A stretch of 58,451 bases of DNA, counting the filler, from Sphacelaria rigidula (lineage: Eukaryota), in assembly GCA_964200075.2 (NCBI GenBank). It is 10 parts of 10 records of this genome, joined end to end, with 100 filler letters (N's around TTAATTAATTAA, not from the genome) between each part and the next. Parts side by side here need not be neighbours in the genome. Positions count along the whole stretch, not along the records: positions 1 to 5,756 come from CAXNAA020024698.1; positions 5,857 to 11,611 come from CAXNAA020024699.1; positions 11,712 to 17,466 come from CAXNAA020024700.1; 7 more parts are not named here. One strand, written 5' to 3'. A model generated the notes under the pieces. The model ran no database searches and had not been told where the DNA came from. It saw only the letters and a list, made by a program, of their open reading frames with translations. The position numbers and the translations under genes were made by a program. Shown here one piece after another: positions 1 through 11,763 of this stretch (its first letter is position 1; each line of letters starts with the position of its first letter).

Positions 1-81
1 ACCTTGCTTGGGCACCTCAGCCACCTCACATGGCCCATGTGCGCATTCACGAACCGTACATACGATAGGGGTTTCGGTCAC

Positions 82-1128
82 CTTTCGTGGGCCGCTGCGA
101 TTGTCTCCCTTCCCGTCGTTGAAACTGCTGAGAGGTCGCTTCCGTCCTACCCATCCATGGTGTCCATCACCGTCCACGCCGCCCGGTACGGTGCCTCCAC
201 GACCACCACTGCGTCCATTTACTTCATCGAGCCTGTGACCGGTACTGTTGGTGTGGAAATCCCGGCCTCCACCGCCGCCGCCGCCCAGGAGGGATCTTCC
301 TCCGAATCCGCCCCTTGAGTCATTTCCGGGACCGCTCCCATCGCGTGGACCAGAAGACCGGACCTCGCCTGTCCATGAGCCATCCATTCGATTCCCGTCT
401 GCATGCTTAGTCGTACTGGGACGCGACAGCTGTCCGTCACCCCGTACGCCTCCACGGTCGATGCCCCGCTGGCGGTGAGCGTCACCGGCTTTCCAGGGAG
501 CACCACCACCCCTCCAGTTGCCGTTTCCCGTGTCTTGGAGGTCGGTATGGAGCCCGCGCCGGCTAGCAGAGTAGCCCCCCCGTGCATCGCTTGGCAAGTC
601 CCCCGTCGTCAACCGATCCTGTCTCGTGAACCGGTGTTGCGCGCTATCCGCATCACCCCTACGTGACCCGTTGCCTCCATCGATCCCGTCCCGTGCGAAT
701 AACCGCCCTGGTTCAATGCCTGGCTCAACCGTGTCACCCCCTCGAGCTACAACGTCCCGCGCACCCCTCCTGCCATCATGCTCGTCTTCTCGGCGTTCAT
801 TGGACCGATCAGAGTTCCAGCTGCCCGGTGGCTCTCGCCATTCTTTGGGTTCTTCTGGTCGTCTAGAGCGCCAGCGACCATCCATATCCCAGCGTGCCTC
901 CAGTGGAACGTACTTGTCTGCTGCCTTGGAACCTCCACGTGGCACACCACTTCCTACTGGGTGCTTGGCCCCAGGCCCTCGGTACGGGCCACGTTGGGAT
1001 TCATCCGGTGCTGCGGGCGCTTGGGTGCCTTTCCATGACTCCTCTGGCCCGTCCATCCGATTAGACCGGTAGGAATTGTCCGTACCTCGGTGATCATCAC
1101 CGTAAGGTTGCTGCGGCGGCTGTTTCTG
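82..1128 (-). CDS. Exon: Gly/Arg/Asp-rich low-complexity region (absent from the ORF track because the frame has no stop before the window edge)
   Basis: Manual translation QKQPPQQPYGDDHRG...DNRSGPRK is open to position 1. Acceptor gtgtag|CAG, candidate donor AAG|gtgacc at 81. Confidence 0.78.
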
Positions 1129-4100
1129 CTACACGGCAAAAACGTGGGGGTTGTGTGAAAAGAAGTCCAGCGTGTTTTGCGTGCGAGCAGAGAGCGGGGG
1201 CGGGGCGGTTGAGCACAGAGTAGCTATCGTGTGGTACGAGGATTAAGCCGGAAGAAGCCATGGCGAGCGCGCTGACGGGACACCTGTTCAACACGGAAAG
1301 TAGAGCCAGCGAACGGGCCACCGCCGGCTACACGTCTGCGATAGCCAGTCAGCTTTTCGTCGTCGTGTTGAGGTGCGAAACGACCCTCCCCGTGCCATGA
1401 CTGTTGCGTTCGTTGTTAACATGATTATTTCCCGAAAGGGTTCAGTAGCCCTCTCGGTCCATTTATCGTTCTGTCACCCGCCAAGCCACCCGTCGCCATT
1501 CAACCCCCTCACCTCTGGGCCACGGGGGGCCTGCTCATAGGCAGTAAATTCGCCTGATCTCCCTGCATCTCTCTCCTCTGGTCGCCCCGCGGACCATCTC
1601 ATCCCTTTTCGGACATCAACACCATCATCCGACGTGGGGGAGCTTCCACCCAAGCCCTGCCTGTCGTGATCGTGGTCCACGGTATCCGCAACACCATTGG
1701 TCTCTTTTTCTCTACCATCCCACCAATCACGTCCGCCTGCCGGAGGTTCCCTGAGATACGGCTCGTTCACCTCCTGTCCGCCGTACTTCTCACTCGTGTC
1801 TGGCAAAGGCTGCTTATCCTCCTGGTCGTTGTCTTCCATCACGCTGTGTCCGTTTGGTAGCCCCTCAGCGTGTGTGCGGTTGCCGATCATGCCACCGTTA
1901 CCGTCCCCCGAATCGCCTTCGCCACTCTGGTAATCCGTGCCTGTGTAACGGTGAGGATCCTCTGCCCTTTCCTTTTGATCCGTGGCCAGGTATTTGTCAC
2001 CATGCAATCTGCGTAGAGATTGAGGATCGTCTCTTGGGAGCTGCGTTGAAGTATCCCCTGGGGCCGTATTCCAATCAAAAAGCTGACGCCCGTCTTCTCC
2101 GTACGCCGGGTACGCAGGACCATTCTCCATTACTTCCATTTTCACATTGCCATCGACTCCCGGTTCCGGCGGATTATTGGGATCCAGTACAGTGTCCGGG
2201 TTGCTGCCCGACAGAATGCGGTGCTTGAGTAGCTTCTTCGGAGAGAAAGTGGCAGAAGGGTTGCCACCGGCGGCCTCGATTTCGTCGTACTGGACCCGGC
2301 GGTGGAGCAGCTTCTTTAGCCCAAGAGCCTTGGGCGGGGCCGATACCACGGGCGCCATCGCCGCCGCTGCCGCCGTTTCTGATGCCACTGTGCTTGCCAC
2401 TACCGAAGCTGCAGCGTCCGCAAAATGCATGGTCGTTCCCTTCGGACTCGTACCATCATCCTGACAACTGCCGGCGCCAGCATCAGCACACGCTTCTACC
2501 AGCAAGCCGCCGGTGGATGCCGACACTTCCGCATCATCTGACAATCCCAGACCGACGCGCGGTGCGAGTTTTGGTTGCTTCGTGCCTTTTACCATCCTAA
2601 TTGAGCTGCGGGTGGTGTTGGTGCTGTTGTCGACATTATCCGTCTTTTCTTCGCGCGCGGCCCGTCGCTCCTCTTTCTCGCGTCGCTTTTCCTTCTTTTC
2701 CTTGAGCGAGCGCGGGCTTCCCGGCCCGGTCGAGGCCTTTTGTTCTTTTCTCCGTTTGGGGATGGTGAAACTGCCACCGGTCTCATTTGAGCCCTTGGGG
2801 GAACCTGCGACCGGCGCGGGCGTAGACGCCATACGCGGCCGCTTCCTGTCCTCCTTTTCCTCCTTCTTGTCTTCCTTTTTTGTCGGAGACGGCAGACTCC
2901 CCATTTCCATCTTCTCCGCGCATGTAGGGCACGCCCACATCACGTGCTTCTGTGAGGTATTGCGGAGTGCATATTTCATCACGATGAGCGTGCAAGCAAA
3001 GGCAACTGCAGCGAGTGGACGGGATCAATTCCGACACGGGGAATTGGAGGCAACGAAAAACGACCCTCAAAGGTTGAAGGTCGCACAAGTGAACGAGTAA
3101 AAAAATGCGGCGCCGACCGATAACACGAGATTAGAAGAAAAAAAAAGCCGGAAAACGTGTGCTGGAGATCACTCAATGCGGGAAGCTGAACTGGACGTGG
3201 GTAGGACGAAAACGTGAGAATTCCGACTCCACTCCAAATTTTCGAAGAGCAAGTGCACGTGCTGTACATAGATACCTTCGGCAATGACTGCATAGGAGGC
3301 ACCAGGCAGTCCAAGTGGTGTGTCCTGGGACAAAAGTCGCAGCACAAAAGATTGCCCTCTTCGCCGCAAACCGCACACACGTCGTCATGAGGCTCATTGT
3401 CAGGGATGGGATGCAGTCCTGGAAAACCATCGCTGGAGCATATCCCTTGGCCTGCATACAACACAATGAACACGGGTTGGTCTGACGGATATTTCATGGC
3501 TGCTAGACAGCCAGTCCTGTCGTGACAATATAACAACCCCCGCCCTGTGGCTCAACACGAGGTGCCGAAATAAGAGCTCGACTTATGTTCTCTTCTGTAA
3601 TCAATAGCCTGGTCGTACGATTGCTAGCTTTTCGTCATGGCACTCATCCGACAATTATCCTATGGTCGTGGATTTCCTCGTGGATCATACGGCATACAGT
3701 AAACAAGCAGAGTGTCGTTTCACACCAAAACAGTGGCAGTGGCATTGCAATACTGCAATCACATGATGCTGCGAGCGGATGTGCACCCCATGACACAAGC
3801 ATCACAAAACAGAGCTAAATTCCTAGATAGTGCATGTGCCTCGGACAGATGCGCTGTGACGACACTGTTACACTGGTGTGGCCGTGGCCAACAAGCAACG
3901 TCAAAGGACACGGTGGCCAGCTGCAACAGACAAGAGAGGAGCGACGCAAAACCACGCGCATCCAACATATCTCATGTTGAATGTTGTTGGTCACGCAGGA
4001 CTGCCAATCACCGTGCTTTGGAGCATCTTGGGCGGCCTCGATCGTTGAAGCTGGCTTGTTCGCTGCCACGGCCTTATCCGCCACCACAGCCTTATCCGCT

Positions 4101-5348
4101 GCCACAGCCTTATCCACTGCCACAACCTTATTCGCTGCCACAGCCTTATCCTCTGTCACAGCCTTATCTGCTGCCACAGCTTTGTCCACTGCCACAGACT
4201 TGTCCACCGCCATAGTCTTGTCCGCTGCCACAGCTTTGTCCGCTGCCACGGCCTTGCTCGCTGGGGCGACTTTATTCGCTGCTGCGGCCTTGCTGGCCGC
4301 TGCAGCCTTCGCCGCCGCCGCCGCCTTACCAGCTGCTACAGCCTTGCTCGCCACAGACTTTCCCTTCGCCACAGTCTTCGTTGCGGTGTCGAGATCAGTC
4401 TGATGTCGATCCTTGTCCTGTTTCGCCATGTCTTCGTACGGCACGCGCTCTCCGAATGACATGTCTCTCCACTCTCCGGCGGCCTGCGAGAATCTATCCT
4501 GATGACGTTCCACCTCTCCCTCCGCTTTCAACTATGTCGTGGCGGAGCACGCGACGCACGTAGCACATAGCACATGGGCGAGGCGAATAAGCGTCCTACA
4601 CCCAACTCAGCGAACAAACATTGAGCTCTCCTCACATAATCGGGTATGCACCAACGATGACTTCAACTTGCCCTCCTCATGTTTTTGTTCCGTCACTTCT
4701 CAATCGTGTCGTACAGTTCAGCCAGCACTTCATTGCGTCGGCCTTCCGCTGGCACATCCGAAGGTCAGGCCAGAGTGTAGAGTTTTCATTGGTCGTGCAG
4801 TTGGTTGGCCCATGTAAACTTATACGACACCAACCGCTTGTAAAACTACATTCGGCACTCGAGGTAATGACTCTTGATAGGTAACGCAGCGCCGCAGCAA
4901 CCGAAATCCATTAGAGATCATCGTGATCATACGTGCGCAATATGTGCCCATATATACATTTGTCCGTCATGCGTCGTGCCCTTAAGTTGTGCACAAGTTG
5001 GTGACATTTAGCTACAACAGTAGTCACGACAGCAACGTCAGTAACGTTTTCTGTACGAGTAAATACCTGCGCGATGCGCTTGAGCAGATAAAAGTTGTAG
5101 GCACTGCGCGCCTTAGTGACCTTCGGCTTGCTCTCATCCTTATCTTTGCCACTCTTATCCTTCGCTCCCGCAGACCCGCCTTTCCCTCCCTTTCCCCCTT
5201 TGCTCGCCTTGCTCGCGGCGCTTCCCTTATGGCTTTTCTCAGGGACCGCCTTGGCGTTGGCTGCAGGTGGGTGGGCCTTTCTGTCAGCCGCAGGCATCTT
5301 TTGAAGGCGCTTGCTTTTGGGCGCCGCTTCGGTCGTCGAGCTTCTTGT
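82..5348 (-). CDS. Multi-exon HMG-box + PHD-finger chromatin protein (partial); exons 5348-5067, 4531-4012, 3451-3276, 2949-1513, 1128-82
   Basis: GT..AG junctions with matching phases join KARSAYNFYLLKRIAQ|LKAEGEVERHQDRFSQAAGEWRDMSFGERVPYEDMAKQDKDRH (HMG box) and CAVCGEEGNLLCCDFCPRTHHLDCLVPPMQSLPK|KHVMWACPTC (C4HC3 PHD). The five exons total 3462 nt with no stop. The first exon and stop codon are not defined; a possible ATG lies at 5603. Confidence 0.88.
1513..2949 (-). CDS. Exon: PHD C-terminal WxCxxC, basic NLS-like segments and acidic disordered region
   Basis: Acceptor cacag|AAG, donor GAG|gtgagg; 479 codons within the ORF 1474..2982. Confidence 0.85.
3276..3451 (-). CDS. Exon: PHD finger, N-terminal part
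   Basis: HDDVCAVCGEEGNLLCCDFCPRTHHLDCLVPP; donor AAG|gtatct. Acceptor is either tatgcag| (3451) or the in-phase ttttccag| (3418). Confidence 0.88.
4012..4531 (-). CDS. Exon: HMG box helices 2-3 followed by (DKAVAA)n repeat
   Basis: Acceptor catag|TTG; GEWRDMS..ERVPYEDMAKQDKDRH is the HMGB consensus region. The donor CACG|gtgatt (phase 1) is less certain. Confidence 0.85.
4058..4350 (-). repeat. Coding 18-nt tandem repeat (hexapeptide D/N/S-K-A-V-A-A)
   Basis: Repeated gccacagccttatccgct-like units on the + strand; translation SKAVAA DKAVAA DKTMAV DKSVAV DKAVAA DKAVTE... Confidence 0.9.
5067..5348 (-). CDS. Exon: Lys/Gly/Ala-rich N-terminal region and first helix of the HMG box
   Basis: Acceptor tttcag|ACA, donor CAG|gtattt; 94 codons, TRSS...KGGKGGKGG...KARSAYNFYLLKRIAQ. 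Confidence 0.85.
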
Positions 5349-5756
5349 CTGAAATACCACATGGATCAATGCATTCAGCGCAGGGGATAGGGGGGTGTTC
5401 ACCATGGCACAGCACGAATTCCGAAGTATGTGAAGATGGTTTTGCGATGAGCAACAACTTGTAAACGATAAAAGAGCCTCTCGTGCATCGGAGGGATTCG
5501 TGCTCTCGAGCCTCGGGCCCCCGGGTACGTGCAAGGTGTCAGGAACACGTAAAGTTCTGAAAGCACAGGCTCGCACAGTGGTACATCGTACATTGATCAC
5601 CATAGACTACAAACTGTTTTTCGTCTCCGGGCAAAAAGAGCGGTTGCGCAACGTGTGAGGGAGTCAAGTCACGTCCACTGGGGGGGGGGGGGGGGGGAAC
5701 GCGCGCGCGCTAAATCCCACGCGCATTGTTTTTTTTAACAACCCCTTTTGCACCCC

Positions 5757-5856
5757 NNNNNNNNNNNNNNNNNNNNNNNNNNNNNNNNNNNNNNNNNNNN
5801 TTAATTAATTAANNNNNNNNNNNNNNNNNNNNNNNNNNNNNNNNNNNNNNNNNNNN
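5757..5856. other. Artificial contig spacer (same at 11612, 17467, 23322, 29177, 35032, 40887, 46742, 52597)
   Basis: N44-TTAATTAATTAA-N44, which has stops in all six frames, recurs every 5855 nt. Confidence 0.99.
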
Positions 5857-8437
5857 TCATTCATCCCGAGTCAACTTATGATACTAAAACCAAGTAATTT
5901 CCTGACGAATTAGTATTTGTCCTAACCGTGCACCATTTAAACACTACGTGGTACGATCATTTCCTTTGCGCGGAGTTGAGGTTCTCCCACGCCGCACAAT
6001 ATGACCTAGCTCGACTACCATCACGGTTATCGGGGGGAAAAAACGCAAGTGTGCAAAAAAAAACAGTAACCTGATTGCCTAGCTTGCGCAGTGAGGGGCG
6101 TGTTTCACAACGCTATCGCCAACCGACGCCAACCCCATAGGGGGGTTGCGCGCGGGGGGGAGGGGGGGGGGGGAAGGGCCCGCTCATTGCAGACACACTG
6201 CGCAAGAAAGCACATGCAAGAAGAAAAACATGGGGAAAGTGACACGTTCGAATGAAATTTCTCCGCAGGTTGACTGGGTGTCCAAGTGCTCCTTCAAGAT
6301 AGAAGACGGTAGCACAAGGCAATGCCTGAGAGCTTGGGTGAGTGTATTAGTATTTTAAGTACGCAGGTCGCTTCAGATAGTTGAACGTATGTACAACTTG
6401 GACACTGCCCTTCAGGAGAGTTTGTGCTAGTTCGGATCCATCCTGTCTGTCGTTGATACTACTTGATTTTAGTGTGATCACCGAGATTCGGATCTTTAGT
6501 GAGGCTGACAGTCCCGACTGCTTCTTAGCGTAAGCAGAACGCGTGTTGTCCAAAACGGCGCCGCAGGGGCCGATTTAAGGTCCGCCAACGCACGCTCGGC
6601 CTAGGGCACCCCGTACACCCACCCCCCGTACCCGAGGGCCCTCGGTTTGCTTCAGGTTGAGGTAAGGGTTAATCTTGCCGTTAGTTTAGAAACATGTCAC
6701 TCATGGATACAATGGCGCCCAAAACGAGACAAACCTAGCTCTTGTGCTCGACTGCAGTATGCACAGAGGAGATGAAACAGATGCATGGTTGTGACCCGAT
6801 TAGAGCTGATGCAGGAAACAATGGCTTCACGGAGAAAAGATACACTTTCAGATCTCGCCCCTTGACATCTTACTCAGTTGCGATGACATGGCGATGCCTG
6901 GGGGTTGTCGAGACTAGCCTGCCTGAAATACCATGCACAGCTTTTTCCTGTCGCAGTCGGTACACCCGACGAAATGTTGCCGGTTATTCCCCGCAGTCCT
7001 GAACCAAAGAGTTTTGACGTAAGCCTAGGGTTGCCCGAGTGCTAAAGAGATGGGGCTTCTTCGCGAAAAATATGCTTTCCATGTCCTTGCGTGCTGCATC
7101 GTCAGTGTCGTGGGGTGTTCCTGCTGCATCTATACCGCACGCTTGTTGAACAATTGCAGCGCGGATTTTTGCAACAACGACAACTGTTGTAGCTACTTTT
7201 TCCTCTGGTTTTTGTCAATTTCCATGCATACCGCCCTTGAGCACCAACAAGAGTTTATCCGAATATAGTTGTAACTAGAGCGCCGGGCTGCGCCGACGTG
7301 AGAATTGGTCATTTTTCTAGAGCTCATCCGTCGACTTCGCCTGAACAGTTTTGTCCCTCCCCCCCCCCCCCCCCCTCCGGAAAACAAGGAACAGGATCAG
7401 CACAATACGTTCGACATACTCCTCATCAACCATCGTCGAGACGGAACGACACAATTAAATATCTGGTGTGCTCCCCTTGAATGTTTACTTTTTCAATATT
7501 AATGCATGACGATCTTTTTTATTTTGATACACAGTACGTGAACAACGAGTGGTCACTAGGCTAGTGAATATTGTGCATTCAACCACCGTAACTCGCGTGC
7601 TATCTATCACGAATGCACTATTTGCTACGTATAAGATCAGGAGGCCTCCGTATCCCGTGTTCGTTGTCCGTTGCAAAACGATCAGGTGATGCCGATGTTC
7701 GACGTGCCCCATTTGTCCGTTACTCTCGGGAAGGGCTCCGCAGGTACGAGTGAAAACTGCAGAGCACCATGCCTTGACACTGCTTTTTTGTTTTTGAAAT
7801 ACCCGCTATGCAGGCAAAGGTGCCCACAACAGTTCTCTAACCGACTTGAAAAAAATACTGCAAAAAGTCCGTTGTATAAGCTCGGTTCGAGATTTTTCAC
7901 CCTCGGGGACGATATCTTGTTACCCCCCGGGTCCAAAATTATTTTGTTTTTGCGTACAATTTCTTGGTTACGTCTATCATGAGATCACGGCTTGACCCCT
8001 GGGGGGTCAGTTGAAGTGCGACAATCAATCAAAATCAAGTACATGATACCAACCATATGCGGAACACACGACGTTGGTCTCCTGGCCGAAAATACCTGTC
8101 CAAGCATGTGTCCTCGACACGGGCTTATACAACGAACTTTTCCATTCGGGCTTATACAGTAGACCAGAGGAAATTATAGGGAGTGATGCTACGGTAGGGG
8201 TGCACGAGCATTTTCTGAGGCTAAAATTGTTGGGAGCCCTCCATCCAATCCGAAACACGTTTCATGGAATATGTGAGGGAACGCCAGGGTTACTATTTCA
8301 ATGTGCTAGGGATACCCCGAATAAATTTGCAAACGGGGATGCCTTGACCCATATTCTTGTGCATCTAGAAATCGTTAGGAGCGCCTGAACCAGACAAGAT
8401 TTTGCGCAAAAAGTGCCCCCATACCGTAGCATTGCAC

Positions 8438-8639
8438 CAAGGGCAGGTCGAGTAGAGTATACTCAATTGCGGGGTAGTTTGAAAGTCGTACTTGGAGTAC
8501 ACAAATTCGGGGTAGGGCTTTAGGGATCACTTTCCAGTTATTTTTTGGGTACGACTCCCAACACTCTACCCTAACTTGAGTACCTCAAGTACGTCTTTTC
8601 AAAATACCCCGCACTTGAGTATACTCTATTCTGCCCTTG
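8438..8639. mobile_element. Non-autonomous hAT-type MITE (202 bp)
   Basis: TIR CAAGGGCAG..GTAGAGTATACTCAA / TTGAGTATACTCTATTCTGCCCTTG, CA..TG ends, 8-bp TSD CATTGCAC/CATTGCAT. Confidence 0.8.
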
Positions 8640-10461
8640 CATTGCATCTGGGGACGAATGTGGTTGGCCTCAAATTTTCGATGGACGGGTGACGTCACCG
8701 ATAATCACACGACATCATCTCTTCGACTGAAGATATGCGGCGAATCGGATTTCGTCCCTCGTTTCGTTTTCTTTCCTTGAAGGGAAAAAAAATGACGACA
8801 AATCTCTGATTGGTCGTGAATTCTCTATCTACCAGTGACGTCACCCATGGTCAGTCACACGACGTCATCTTCATGAGCGGAGGGACTTTTGAGCATGGAA
8901 CGTGTCACGTGTCTCCCGTTGATCAAGAGTGCACGGCCGATCAGATCCGTCCTCAATTTTCTCTCAACCAATCAGAGAGCTGCGAGTTCCTGTCCCCTCG
9001 GTTTGTGCATGCAGTCACAGCCGTCGCAGGGCCTGTACCAGCCATGTTGTGGTCTTGACCAGTCTTGGATATTGAATCTTCCACGCATGCAGGTACGGCC
9101 TCTGTCTACTTTTTTTTTGTCGGGATCTATGTGTATGAGATGGATCTGTTGCCGCGTAAGCATCTTGCACTATCGTCGGCGCGTGTTGTTTTTTCTTTTT
9201 TACGAACACACGCACACACATATACGAGCAAAAGGAGAGCAGTATTTTCCTCGGGATTCTACCGCGTAGAATTGATGGACTATCCACTGCGACAAGTCAT
9301 CATGTATGGGTGGTATCGGCACCTTTTGGTCAAACCGTCACATCTCGACTACTGCTACGACGAAGGCAACGTCCGTGACGAACGTTGATTTGCTTCTTTT
9401 TTTCTGATCCAATTAATCATTTTCATGTTTGTCTCTTATTGCGGTCCACATTACCGCAAAAAGGGGGGGCGGGGGGGGGGGGGAACACCGCGGCTCGCGT
9501 CGATATTCGTTCACCCCGCAACATTATCGTGGGCATGATCTATCACTTTTAACCTGAAGAATATACGGAAATTCAGCCCTGCCAAATATGTTCCCGCGGG
9601 ATGGAATATTTTGTTGTGATCTACAACCTCCTCATATTTCGCAGTGGTTCTAGACGTTTGAGTGGTTCCCCTATTATTCTAGATTCTTACTCTCAGTTAG
9701 ATGCCGAGGGAAAAGTCCTTATCAAAATCTCGGTATATATACATACTGGGCGCAATACCTGCAGATTATTAAACTCGTATTTTTGTTCGTGTTTTATGCT
9801 ATCTCTCTCTCTTTTCTTTTTTTCCAGTTTGCCACTTTTGTTCTTTGATTCCGTAGTGTTTTCGAGATTTTCCCGAATCTGAATCCAAGTTTTAACACGA
9901 CGCCATCGTTCATCTCAACTTTTTGCGAATTTTCACCCTCTTTTTTTGTCGACCGATTGATTTCCGCAGGCCTGATGGCAGAGCTGGACCTAGTGGCGAA
10001 GGATGACCTCATGTGAGACAAAAGTGCCTTTGCTTCCGGGAGTTTGGGTCGCGGTAAACTGTTGGCCAAGAAGTGGGAAAGACTGCGTCAGTGCCTCCAT
10101 CTGTAGGGTGGCGTCAAGGCTACGTGGCAGTCCAATATTATCGTAGCAAAGGACGTTCGTCAGATTTGTTACGACACACGACGGAATTTGTTGCGTACAT
10201 CAGTTGGATGGATGGATTTCGTGCACGAAGCGTACTGAAAGTAGTTGGCTGAGTTTGTTCGATGAGAGTCGACGGGGTGGAGTAGTGCTGGTCCAATCGG
10301 CGACACCAAAGTGCAAGGCGTGTACCGTGGAGATATGGGGTGATCCCCTGAAGACCATTAGACCACTCACTCGGCCCGAGAAAGGGGACAGGTTCAAAGA
10401 GTGACCAAAAAAGTAAAAAATGTATGAAGTACTTGATTCGCTGTCGAATTGCCATAACAAA

Positions 10462-10582
10462 GAGTTTCGGAAACAAAAACAGGCCGAAAAAACTCAGGGA
10501 TAGTTATCGTTTGATTGGAGATGAGTAAAAAGACGCAAATTATCCCTGAGTTTTTCTGGCCTGTTTTTGTTTTCTGAAACTC
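10462..10582. mobile_element. Short fold-back / MITE-like element
   Basis: gagtttcggaaacaaaaacaggcc..aaactcagggata pairs with tatccctgagttttt..ggcctgtttttgttttctgaaactc. Confidence 0.65.
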
Positions 10583-11711
10583 GAATATCTACCACCGGTG
10601 ATCGGCTGTTGGTTGGTTGCTTGATGTTTGTTTTTGATTATATATTTTGCTCTTTTTAGGCAGGTGCGATCGATCTATGTACGGTTTTCAATTAATTGGA
10701 TCCTCGTTCGTCGGTTGGTTGGTTTTTGGATCTTTCGTCGTCTCGGCGTAACTTTCATTTCCGGAAATGAAATTCTGGAGAGCAGGTGATTTGCATGAAC
10801 CTACGGTTCAGCGTATTCAAACCGACGCGACCAACTCCGTTTCGTGAGCAGTAAAACTATGTAGGTTATTTTTACACTTGTAATTATTTGTTGTTTCCGT
10901 ACGTTAGCCCGATCTCCTGTTATACGGCCAAGTACCGTTGCTATTTCCTCTTCATCTATACCTCGCAGATCAGCACCGATGCCAAAAAAAATGGGGAAAA
11001 AATACACTTCTTCTATTCCCATGGGAGACTGGCTCAAGTATCGCGGATGCTGTGCGGGTGCTCTAGTTGTTGAGTCTGGGTTCGTGGATGTGTAGCAGTA
11101 GTGTGGAGCACACATAGGCAGCCTGATGGTTCTCAGCAGAGTGAATCCATCGTTAGGACCAGACAGCTAGCAAGCTGTTGATCGTGGAAAATGACCTCCT
11201 GTGAATTTTATATAGGGGGAACGGGAACACGGAGCCCGAGAGAAAAGTTAAGAACGTGCTCTCCACTTCTGGACGGTTACAAATCCACCTCCTTGGACCA
11301 CCACCAGTGTACCTGCATGTCTTTCACGACTATATTATGCCGATATCTAGATCATTTCGGTATTATGGTAGCCGTGAGCAATGCGACTGTATGGGTGCAC
11401 TTTTTGCGCGAAATGTTGTCTAGTTCAGGGCCTCCTAACGATTCCTAGATGCACAAGAATATGGGTCAGGGCATCCCCGTTTGCAAATTTATTCGGGAGA
11501 TCCCCAGCATATTGGAGTAGTAATCCTGGCGTTTTTTTTTTTTTTCCCTCACACTTCGAACCCCTCCCCGCCCCCCGGGTGAAGCCCGGGGGGCCGAAAA
11601 TCACCCAGACCNNNNNNNNNNNNNNNNNNNNNNNNNNNNNNNNNNNNNNNNNNNNTTAATTAATTAANNNNNNNNNNNNNNNNNNNNNNNNNNNNNNNNN
11701 NNNNNNNNNNN

Positions 11712-11763
11712 GAAGATTTTAATCCTCCGGGTTCTCATCCTCAATGAAAAGCACCATCCTCAA
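11712..11763 (+). repeat. Conserved element terminus GAAGATTTTAATCCTCCGGGTT.. (also 40835-40886 and 41756-41807, both minus)
   Basis: Three similar copies of about 50 bp in three contigs, all bounded by the same GAAG end. Confidence 0.75.

Larger units (their letters stand above)
8271..11553. repeat. Inverted repeat pair of about 165 bp (8271-8436 and 11379-11553)
   Basis: cccgaataaatttgcaaacggggatgcc..gacccatattcttgtgcatctag near 8315 is reverse-complementary to 11446-11498. The right copy runs toward the contig end. Confidence 0.8.

Noticed and set aside
4390..5115. Brown algal male-determining HMG gene (HMG-sex/MIN) in a repeat-rich sex-determining region
   Set aside because: The box looks HMGB-like and is fused to a PHD finger. 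The repeat-rich surroundings are unrelated contigs, so there is no evidence of sex linkage; a phylogeny and male/female read coverage would be needed.
4..5464. Plus-strand ORFs overlapping the HMG-PHD gene
   Set aside because: They are antisense shadows of GC-rich, repetitive coding exons.
5801..5812. Periodic TTAATTAATTAA motif as a biological signal
   Set aside because: It always sits inside N runs at fixed spacing, so it is an assembly linker.
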